The notes beneath the pieces were generated by a model, which was not told the origin of the DNA, did no database searches, and saw only the letters and a program-made list of their open reading frames with translations. Shown one piece after another: positions 18,176-24,106 of a DNA stretch of 24,200 nucleotides. The position numbers and the translations under genes were made by a program. The first letter of the stretch is position 1. The number at the start of each line of letters is the position of its first letter. The DNA is taken from the IMG/VR virus record IMGVR_UViG_3300020045_003472, positions 1 to 24,200 of that record. One strand, 5' to 3'. Origin of the DNA: a virus (lineage: Duplodnaviria > Caudoviricetes).

Positions 18176-18588
18176 TTTTTCGCCAAGTCTGAGCTATCGT
18201 CCCTGACTATCCGTATAATGTTGTGGTTGACTTCCACCGCCCCGCCGTCCGCGCCGGTCACGGCGAGTGCCTGGGGAACTTTGCCATAAGCCGCCTCGGT
18301 CAACGCCTGCTGCCGCTTCGGGTCTCTCAGCCAAGAGCGGGCCACCATTTCGGCGTTTGTGGCATAGTGGTCAACGAGCACCGGCTGCCCGTTGTCGTCA
18401 AACACCGGTTTGCCGTCTTTGACCATCGGTATTTTGATAAGCACCAAGCCGTCCTTGCCGCTGGCAGGCTCGGACATGATCTCTTTGGCGAGTTCGCGCC
18501 ATGCGTCGAACGAACGCGGGCGACCTTTTTTATTGATAGCCGTCGGGCGTTTGTCTAAGCCGTTTTTAGGTGGATTGTGATTAGCCAT
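18172..18588 (-). CDS. terS: Terminase small subunit (138 aa)
   Basis: INKKGRPR N-terminal motif, YGKVPQ and TGADGGAVEV C-terminal motif; directly upstream of TerL. Start chosen at MANHN to avoid overlap. Confidence 0.75.
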   Translation of the reverse strand: MANHNPPKNGLDKRPTAINKKGRPRSFDAWRELAKEIMSEPASGKDGLVLIKIPMVKDGKPVFDDNGQPVLVDHYATNAEMVARSWLRDPKRQQALTEAAYGKVPQALAVTGADGGAVEVNHNIIRIVRDDSSDLAKK

Positions 18589-18611
18589 GTTTGTAAATGT
18601 TTGTATGCGGC

Positions 18612-19811
18612 TCAGTCTAACCGCTTGATTTCGATGGTGGGGAAAGCGTCGGTCATGCGTTGAAGAATGACGGCGCAATAAATTTCAGATATTTCAATTG
18701 CTCGACATTTGCGACCCAAATTTTCGCAAGCCACAAGAGTCGTACCGGAACCGGCAAATGGTTCGTAAACTAACTCGCCTTCTACGCTAGAATTCTTTAT
18801 CGCTCTTGCAGGCAGGTCTACCGGCATCATGGTTGGGTGTTCTTCACTTACTCGCGGGCGGTCTATCTCCCAGACATCATCCAAATTTCTAGCATCACAG
18901 AATGAGCTTTTGGACTTCTTGTGCCACCCATACCATATTGGCTCATAACGACGATGATACTTCGAGCGTCCTAAAACAAAAATATCCTTCACCCAAATTA
19001 AAGTTGCAGACCAATGATACTTTTGCGCCCGAAAAATTGCACTAATAATATCCATGTATTCTGAAGCTACCTTGCAGTAAACGTCGCCGTCGCAGGTCGA
19101 GACAAAGGTCGAGACAAAGGTCGAGACAAAGGTCGAATAATCATCGTCAGACATATCGTCATTTTGGAGGCCGTCTCTTTGTTTGTGGCGAGGGTTACTA
19201 TCCTTCCCGATTGCAACGTTCCAGGGTGGGTCGGTAAATATCATGCGTGCTTTCTGTCCGCCCATCAACCGCCCCACATCCTCCCACGCCGTAGAATCTC
19301 CGCACAATAACCGATGCTCACCAATCTGCCACAAGTCGCCGCGCTTGACTCGCCATTTCTCTTGTAATTCATCCCCGGCTTCAATCTGCGGCTCCGCGTC
19401 CACCGGCGCAAAACCGGTATCCACCATCCCCCAGTCTTCCAAGTCTACGCCCGCCGCAAAGTCGGCGGCTATCTGTTCTTCGTCCCAAGCCAAATCCAAC
19501 TCAGCGACTTTGTTGTCAGCGTAAGCCAACTCGCGCCCGCGCTTGTCCTGGTCGCTATACAGGTCTAAGTCCATGCGCTTGACGACTACCAACTCACGCC
19601 CGTCTGTTTCCACGATGCGAACGGGTAAGCCGATTTCGGCGGCATTCTCCAAAGTCTTGTTGCCTGCAATGATGTTTCCGTTTTTATCCGCGAGAATAGA
19701 GCGCCCGGCCCCCAGCTTGCGCAGTGATTTTTCGAGCAACCCCCGCCCGCGCTGAGTCCCTTTATTTGCGTTTTTTATATCCGGCTTAAGTTCAGCGTCG
19801 TCAATGTTCAT
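18612..19811 (-). CDS. ParB-like domain fused to an N4/N6 DNA methyltransferase (beta class)
   Basis: IIAGNKTLE (ParB-like), HRLLCGDST, FTDPPWN (motif IV), EPFAGSGTT (motif I); start at 19811 (ATGA overlap), 19823 also possible. Confidence 0.9.
   Translation of the reverse strand: MNIDDAELKPDIKNANKGTQRGRGLLEKSLRKLGAGRSILADKNGNIIAGNKTLENAAEIGLPVRIVETDGRELVVVKRMDLDLYSDQDKRGRELAYADNKVAELDLAWDEEQIAADFAAGVDLEDWGMVDTGFAPVDAEPQIEAGDELQEKWRVKRGDLWQIGEHRLLCGDSTAWEDVGRLMGGQKARMIFTDPPWNVAIGKDSNPRHKQRDGLQNDDMSDDDYSTFVSTFVSTFVSTCDGDVYCKVASEYMDIISAIFRAQKYHWSATLIWVKDIFVLGRSKYHRRYEPIWYGWHKKSKSSFCDARNLDDVWEIDRPRVSEEHPTMMPVDLPARAIKNSSVEGELVYEPFAGSGTTLVACENLGRKCRAIEISEIYCAVILQRMTDAFPTIEIKRLD
19094..19136. repeat. 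12-bp perfect tandem repeat x3.6 in the methylase (STFV repeats)
   Basis: (AGGTCGAGACAA)x3 + AGGTCGA. Confidence 0.95.
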
Positions 19812-20056
19812 CGCCTCATCCATCTCCGCACCCTCCCCGCCACCGTCACGCACCAGCGCCAGGCGCGGGATAGCCAAGTGTCGCTCGCTACGTTGTAATA
19901 CGTCAAGCCACTATCGGAAAACACGGAATAGGCTCTCGATGACGTAGAATTAATTAGCGGAACTCGCGCTTCGTCATCGTTCCAGATTAGCGCAAAATAA
20001 TTGTTGCCTACCTCTTCCGCGGTTTCACGACCTTTTTCCAGGCGCGTGTCACCCAT
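19808..20056 (-). CDS. Hypothetical protein (start uncertain)
   Basis: Fills the gap between HNH and methylase and its stop overlaps the methylase ATG; the nearest ATG overlaps the HNH gene by about 50 nt. Confidence 0.4.
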   Translation of the reverse strand: MGDTRLEKGRETAEEVGNNYFALIWNDDEARVPLINSTSSRAYSVFSDSGLTYYNVASDTWLSRAWRWCVTVAGRVRRWMRR

Positions 20057-20268
20057 GTCATCAAACTGTGACAGCGACGGCAGAGCGGGATAATCTCGAA
20101 TACCCACTCAGCGCCCAGGCGGGCGTAGCCGAGCGCGTGATGTCCTTCGAGATTCCTGGTAGCACGACATATCAGACAGCGATTACCCCAAAACTCGAAG
20201 GCCCGGCGGCGCTTTTTGTACCACGCCGGGGAATGGATGTATCTGAGATACTCAGGCGAGAAAGTCAT
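20008..20268 (-). CDS. HNH endonuclease (86 aa), probably packaging-associated
   Basis: YIHSPAWYKKR...CLIC...LEGHH..Y...LCRRCH; upstream of the terminase genes. Confidence 0.88.
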   Translation of the reverse strand: MTFSPEYLRYIHSPAWYKKRRRAFEFWGNRCLICRATRNLEGHHALGYARLGAEWVFEIIPLCRRCHSLMTWVTRAWKKVVKPRKR

Positions 20269-20270
20269 AG

Positions 20271-20480
20271 TTATTCCCGTAACACGTCTCCGACACTCAG
20301 ATTCGAAGACACACCCGCCATTTCTGCACCGACGACGATACCAACGCATTTCACCGATTCCCGGAGCGCGACAGGACTACCGGGAAACTCACTCGCTAAA
20401 ACATGGTCAATAACCCGGTAGCATATGCGCGTACCGTCTCCGTACTCAATCTCAAACTCATCGCCAATTGGTCTAAGCAT
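20271..20480 (-). CDS. Hypothetical protein (69 aa)
   Basis: Abuts the HNH start; its ATG begins 3 nt after the tRNA discriminator base; no SD. Confidence 0.55.
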   Translation of the reverse strand: MLRPIGDEFEIEYGDGTRICYRVIDHVLASEFPGSPVALRESVKCVGIVVGAEMAGVSSNLSVGDVLRE

Positions 20481-20482
20481 AG

Positions 20483-20558
20483 TTGCGGGGGGTGGACTCG
20501 AACCACCATATTTCAGGTTATGAGCCTGTTCCCGGCACCCTTCCGGGAGTACCCCGCG
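20483..20558 (-). tRNA. tRNA-Met(CAT), initiator-type, atypical (possibly pseudo-tRNA); CCA not encoded
   Basis: CGCGGGG TA CTCCCGGAAGGGTGCCGGGA ACAGG CTCATAA CCTGA AATAT GGTGG TTCGAGT CCACC CCCCGCA A: C1xA72 mismatch, fMet-like acceptor stem and anticodon loop, canonical T-arm. Confidence 0.85.
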
Positions 20559-20779
20559 TCATTGTTGCGCCACACCGCGACGGTCTCAGTCATGTCGGTG
20601 AGATTACCGGGATGATCCCGTAACCCATCTTGTGCATACCATGCAGGGACACGCCGAAACGCATTGGCGTAAATCAGCGTGTCCGCAAAATTACGGACGC
20701 GAATAAATCGCATTGTCTCGGCGACGAATGCGCTAGTCGCCTGGTTATACTCAGTCAAAGATTTCAGGAAATCATCCAT
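20513..20779 (-). CDS. Hypothetical protein (88 aa); 3' end overlaps the tRNA
   Basis: MDDFLKSL...; purine-rich SD-like GGGGGAAGGG upstream. The overlap with the tRNA lowers confidence. Confidence 0.45.
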   Translation of the reverse strand: MDDFLKSLTEYNQATSAFVAETMRFIRVRNFADTLIYANAFRRVPAWYAQDGLRDHPGNLTDMTETVAVWRNNDAGYSRKGAGNRLIT

Positions 20780-20787
20780 ATTTTTTC

Positions 20788-20967
20788 CCTTCCCCCGCCG
20801 CGAAACGGGAGTAAACGCAGCGGGGGAAGGTCTTACTCCACTGCGTAAAACGCAATGGAGCGGGCGCCGCCCGATACCGGATGAACCCGGCGGCCTTTGC
20901 GCCATGACGGAGTCGGCGGTCAGTCGAAACTTTAGGCCGCCCCGCCACCGTTGCTCGCTGTCGGTAG
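20788..20967 (-). ncRNA. Candidate structured RNA (intergenic, multiple stems)
   Basis: Stems CTACCG/CGGTGG, GCGGCCT/AGGCCGC, CTCCATTGCGT/ACGCAGTGGAG, CCTTCCCCCGCTGCG/CGCGGCGGGGGAAGG; mismatches resolve as G-U on the minus strand. Confidence 0.5.
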
Positions 20968-20969
20968 TT

Positions 20970-21185
20970 TTATTTTACCACTTTTTCGCGCAACTCGACA
21001 GTGATATTTGCGCCGATGCGGTTGATGTCCCAGGCGCACAAACATTTACGGCATATCGTCATCTGGTAATTGAGCGGCTCGATGTCGCCAATGTGTACCG
21101 CTAGTTTCGCGCCGCAATCGCAGTCAAATTTGTAATAGATTACATTCGCGTCAATTTCTTCGATGTGACTGCGTTTTACTCTCAT
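20970..21185 (-). CDS. Small zinc-ribbon protein (71 aa)
   Basis: CDCG...CRKC motifs. Confidence 0.7.
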   Translation of the reverse strand: MRVKRSHIEEIDANVIYYKFDCDCGAKLAVHIGDIEPLNYQMTICRKCLCAWDINRIGANITVELREKVVK

Positions 21186-21456
21186 CGCCGGATTCCTTTT
21201 TGATTAGCCGATAAGCATTACCAGATTTACCATTCGGCAAAATAACGTCCTTTATTTTTTCAAATACCCCGTCCTCAACCATCTCTTCGAGCAGCCGCCT
21301 GGCCCGCAGTTTTCCGGCCTGCGTGTTGGGGTATTGCCATTGCGACAGGGCGCTCTCCACCGTCATATCCCCCGGCTGGTATTGCGGTTTGGCGTACTGC
21401 GCCATAGCCGCAAGTACGTCTGGATTCAACTGTACTTTTGTAAATGTACAGGTCAT
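21151..21456 (-). CDS. Hypothetical protein, possible winged helix
   Basis: ARRLLEEMVEDGVFEK...AYR pattern; ATGA-coupled to the phosphoesterase. Confidence 0.65.
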   Translation of the reverse strand: MTCTFTKVQLNPDVLAAMAQYAKPQYQPGDMTVESALSQWQYPNTQAGKLRARRLLEEMVEDGVFEKIKDVILPNGKSGNAYRLIKKESGDESKTQSHRRN

Positions 21457-22286
21457 TTTATACTATCTCCTATCTCCCATGTTCGCGCCGCGAACGGCAT
21501 TAGCAGAAATTCCGGCTCTGCGTCACCCCCATCAAAATACACCATGCCCACCTGTGGATAATCCGACTCCGCGCCAATCCGGTACATATATTCTCCGGGC
21601 AGGCCAAAGCACGGAGTAGTTAGGACGCGCATATCCCCCCAAGTTTTCCCAGTGTCAAAAACGCGGTGAACGTGAGACCGGACAACATAATGCGGCATTC
21701 GTTCCCCGCGCTCATCCGGCGCTTTACGCCGGTTGCAGTGCTCATACATTTTCCGCGCCAGGGTATGCACGGACGCCGGGGTATTACCTGCGATGTGGTG
21801 CGTTATGTCAAAACGGCGATTGTCAAAAATGCGGCGCAAATGCCACCAAGAAGACGTACCCCGATCCGGGTCTTTCTCCGCGCCAATGTCGGCGGCGTAT
21901 AGCTCTTCCATTTTGCCGGATGCCCCACTGTGCGCCGGGGACGTACCGCGTATGACATAGACTCTATTCGCCATATTGACCACCCCTGCCAATGTGTCAA
22001 TCGTCATACCCAGTACGTCCGCCTCGTTACGACTGATTACCTGGTTCGTCCTGTTTTTTGCGTCCAAGTCCGCAATGTCCCCATTGAGCACCAGGGTCAA
22101 CCTGCGCCCCGATTTTCTTTTACACAATCTCAGTTTCACAGTTTCGATCTGCTCAAGATATCCCGCCCGAAGCTGCTGCTGGAAACTGTTTGGGTGATAG
22201 TCATCTCCATCGTCAAGCGTCACCAGTTCGGGGCATAGTGACATTTTGCTATTTATGTGCGTGTCAGCGATTACCAATAGCGGCAT
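21453..22286 (-). CDS. Calcineurin-like metallophosphoesterase
   Basis: Motifs ADTH, NGDIAD, RGTSPAH, THH, RSHVH. Confidence 0.88.
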   Translation of the reverse strand: MPLLVIADTHINSKMSLCPELVTLDDGDDYHPNSFQQQLRAGYLEQIETVKLRLCKRKSGRRLTLVLNGDIADLDAKNRTNQVISRNEADVLGMTIDTLAGVVNMANRVYVIRGTSPAHSGASGKMEELYAADIGAEKDPDRGTSSWWHLRRIFDNRRFDITHHIAGNTPASVHTLARKMYEHCNRRKAPDERGERMPHYVVRSHVHRVFDTGKTWGDMRVLTTPCFGLPGEYMYRIGAESDYPQVGMVYFDGGDAEPEFLLMPFAARTWEIGDSIK

Positions 22287-22299
22287 ATTGCCTCAATGA

Positions 22300-22350
22300 T
22301 GTTTTGTGTGGTGTAAATTAGCTCAAGCGTAATTTACACCACACAAAACA
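22300..22350. repeat. Perfect 21-bp inverted repeat with a 9-nt spacer
   Basis: TGTTTTGTGTGGTGTAAATTA-GCTCAAGCG-TAATTTACACCACACAAAACA. Confidence 0.95.
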
Positions 22351-22353
22351 GTA

Positions 22354-22397
22354 GCGGCGGCCAGCCGGGAAAGGAGAGTAACCCGGTCAGCCACCGC
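22354..22397 (-). other. GC-rich hairpin with an anti-Shine-Dalgarno-like loop
   Basis: Minus strand GCGGTGGCTGACCGGG-TTACTCTCCTTT-CCCGGCTGGCCGCCGC (15/16 pairs including G-U). Confidence 0.7.
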
Positions 22398-22408
22398 CAT
22401 AATCAAAT

Positions 22409-22453
22409 CGTGATTATTATACGCGTGATTATCATACGCAAGATTATTTTACC
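22409..22453. repeat. Three tandem imperfect 15-bp direct repeats, each with a minus-strand -10-like hexamer
   Basis: CGTGATTATTATACG / CGTGATTATCATACG / CAAGATTATTTTACC; the minus strand reads TATAAT, TATGAT, and TGTGG-TAAAAT. Confidence 0.75.
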
Positions 22454-22461
22454 ACACACAA

Positions 22462-22470
22462 TGATATAAT
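22462..22470 (+). promoter_or_regulatory. Extended -10 promoter for the 22494 gene
   Basis: TGATATAAT (TGn-TATAAT) upstream of SD AGGAG. Confidence 0.65.
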
Positions 22471-22493
22471 TGAGCGAAAACAGGAGATAAAAA

Positions 22494-22898
22494 ATGGACT
22501 ATTACGACGGAAACGGAAACATGATTACCGATGCGATAAATCCGGATTCGTGGGCGCATACTCCGGAATCGGTAGAACGGCAGTACGTGGGAAGAAAGAA
22601 AGAAAAACCAATGCCAGCAACTGGAAAAATAGTTTTCGCTCTTTTGGTTACTATTTGGATAATTGGATTTTCTGGAGGGTGGGACATATACGCCAAAGGA
22701 TTTACGATGACCACCGAAATAGAAACTACTTCCATCGCAGCAAAAACAGGAGATTTTTTCTACTCCCCGCCTGCTACAATTTCGCAAAGAGAAAAACTGT
22801 CTCAATCAATTGCTTGTATATTGATTCCGGCGGCGTTTGTCTTAGTACTCCTGGTAGGATGGTACAGTTTGGTCAACAAAATAACCCCGCGAATCTAA
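22494..22898 (+). CDS. Two-TM membrane protein (moron-like transcription unit)
   Basis: SD AGGAG; hydrophobic IVFALLVTIWIIGF and IACILIPAAFVLVLLVGWYSLV; own promoter and terminator. Confidence 0.8.
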   Translation: MDYYDGNGNMITDAINPDSWAHTPESVERQYVGRKKEKPMPATGKIVFALLVTIWIIGFSGGWDIYAKGFTMTTEIETTSIAAKTGDFFYSPPATISQREKLSQSIACILIPAAFVLVLLVGWYSLVNKITPRI

Positions 22899-22950
22899 AA
22901 AACAAGTGATAGAATCAGTCTAGCGCAGGATGACTCAAAAGACCCTGCCC

Positions 22951-22980
22951 ACCAGCCGCTTATACCGGCTGGTTTTTTTT
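22951..22980 (+). terminator. Rho-independent terminator
   Basis: ACCAGCCG-CTTATAC-CGGCTGGT followed by a T run. Confidence 0.85.
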
Positions 22981-22991
22981 GTTCGCAGAAT

Positions 22992-23051
22992 TAGCACAAA
23001 ATGAACATTTTCTTCCGAGAAATTGGTCTAAAAGATGTCCGTTTTGTGCTA
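22992..23051. repeat. Imperfect 19-bp inverted repeat containing the TGTCCGTTTT motif
   Basis: TAGCACAAAATGAACATTT ... AGATGTCCGTTTTGTGCTA (16/19). Confidence 0.7.
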
Positions 23052-23078
23052 CACATTGTATACAATGTATTGTATAAT
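23050..23078 (+). promoter_or_regulatory. Promoter (TACACA-17-TATAAT) overlapped by a 16-bp palindromic operator ACATTGTATACAATGT
   Basis: Perfect palindrome at 23053-23068; its TTGTATACAA core matches the GntR-family operator type. Confidence 0.65.
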
Positions 23079-23116
23079 GATAGCAAGATAGACAATAAAA
23101 AAAACAGGAGAATAAA

Positions 23117-23407
23117 ATGGACATCAAATCAATCAATACTGAGTACGTGACCGACAGCCCCTACGCTCATCTCATCCAACCCGATGGAGAGTTTGTACCC
23201 TACTACTCTACAGTTATTCACTACACCGATCCACGCGACGGGGAACGCGCAGACCGTGTGTACAATGTATCGGGGCGCGGCAACACGGAATACGAGAGTG
23301 AGCAGGATGCTATTGCAAACCTGAAAGCGCAATTGTCTGCAAAGGTGTACTCGGCAGTCGAAAAGTACTACGCGGCAAACGGCGCTGGAATGCTTGATAT
23401 AGCATAG
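23117..23407 (+). CDS. Hypothetical protein (96 aa)
   Basis: SD AGGAG; first gene after the promoter. Confidence 0.8.
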   Translation: MDIKSINTEYVTDSPYAHLIQPDGEFVPYYSTVIHYTDPRDGERADRVYNVSGRGNTEYESEQDAIANLKAQLSAKVYSAVEKYYAANGAGMLDIA

Positions 23408-23415
23408 AGGCGCAC

Positions 23416-23628
23416 ATGCTTAAAAACTCCATCACCCCCGCAACCGTCGCGGCCTGCTCCGCGCTCTTGGATTACATCGCGGCCCACCCCGGCCCATCCG
23501 AGAAAGAGTTAGCTGACGAATTTGGCATATCCCGGCCAACAATCCGGCACAGGCTAGCGATCCTGGAGCGCGAAAAACTCATCACGCGAACACCGGGCAA
23601 ACAGCGCAGTATTCGCACCGTAACATAA
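23416..23628 (+). CDS. Stand-alone winged-HTH regulator (GntR/LexA-like DNA-binding domain)
   Basis: PSEKELADEFGISRPTIRHRLAILEREKLI (GntR-like HTH) with wing RTPGKQRSI (LexA-like). Confidence 0.85.
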   Translation: MLKNSITPATVAACSALLDYIAAHPGPSEKELADEFGISRPTIRHRLAILEREKLITRTPGKQRSIRTVT

Positions 23629-23632
23629 CGAT

Positions 23633-23689
23633 CAATTTGTCCGTTTTATGGATATAGACGGACAGTTGCGTCCAAATCACAAGTTAGCT
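23633..23689 (+). mobile_element. attI-like recombination site (candidate)
   Basis: Degenerate L box TCCAAAT-5 nt (CACAA)-core GTTAGCT (23683-23689); upstream inverted TGTCCGTTT/AGACGGACA pair. Confidence 0.45.
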
Positions 23690-24077
23690 TGCACCTTGCA
23701 GGCAAAGGAGAAAAATGTCAATCGAAGAGCTGCTCAAGAAAGAATTATTCAATTGTGGTGAATCTCAGTGCAATGAAGTCATGGCCCGCGTGAAGGCTTC
23801 AAAGGGTAACGAAGCCCTGTCGAGGGTCTGGTCGGATACGCCAGAAGATTACCCCCCAATCATTGTTTCACTCGCTCGGTTTGCCGTGCGGCGCGAAACT
23901 CTCGCGTTTATTGATGAAACCTGCCCGCAAGCGTGGTTTCGTGAAATGTTTGTTCCTGCTGTCAGAGAAGCAAGCTAACAAAGCGTGCAATGGACGTGTG
24001 CCACGCGCTGGCACAACGAGTTAATTCTGATTATCCGGCTTGCGTGTTTGGTCGCACACGCCATTAACGCAAGTCCG
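23684..24077 (+). mobile_element. Integron-type gene cassette (394 bp)
   Basis: Begins at core G|TTAGCTTGC; single promoterless ORF with SD; GCAAGCTAAC at its end is the exact 10-nt reverse complement of the start; ends in attC. Confidence 0.8.
23715..23978 (+). CDS. Cassette-encoded hypothetical protein (87 aa)
   Basis: SD AAAGGAG; stop TAA lies inside the attC R'' box. Confidence 0.8.
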   Translation: MSIEELLKKELFNCGESQCNEVMARVKASKGNEALSRVWSDTPEDYPPIIVSLARFAVRRETLAFIDETCPQAWFREMFVPAVREAS

Positions 24078-24083
24078 TTGGGC
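23973..24083 (+). mobile_element. attC site (111 bp)
   Basis: R'' AGCTAAC-AAAGC-L'' GTGCAATG-GACGTGTGC...GCACACGC-L' CATTAAC-GCAAGTCC-R' GTTGGGC; unpaired C in L'' and unpaired A at 23994 give bottom-strand extrahelical G and T. Confidence 0.85.
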
Positions 24084-24106
24084 AGCTTCGCCAGAAAGGG
24101 AACAAA

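Noticed and set aside
20780-20905. N-terminal extension of ORF 20513-20905
   Set aside because: Runs through GC-rich hairpins; the SD-like sequence points to a start at 20779.
20483-20967. tmRNA
   Set aside because: The tRNA-like part is a complete Met cloverleaf with an anticodon; no G3-U70 alanine acceptor or tag frame seen.
169-22238. Numerous plus-strand ORFs in the track (e.g. 335-1018, 12743-13372, 13770-14288)
   Set aside because: Antisense shadows of a tightly packed minus-strand operon; no motifs or RBSs.
22409-22453. Short direct repeats as a CRISPR array
   Set aside because: 15-bp units are contiguous with no spacers; no cas genes in the window.
23622-23689. ACATAAC at the wHTH stop as R'' of a complete attC
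   Set aside because: No L''/L' pairing in attC register with the GTT, and no complementary GTTATG core upstream of 23117; treated as attI-like instead.
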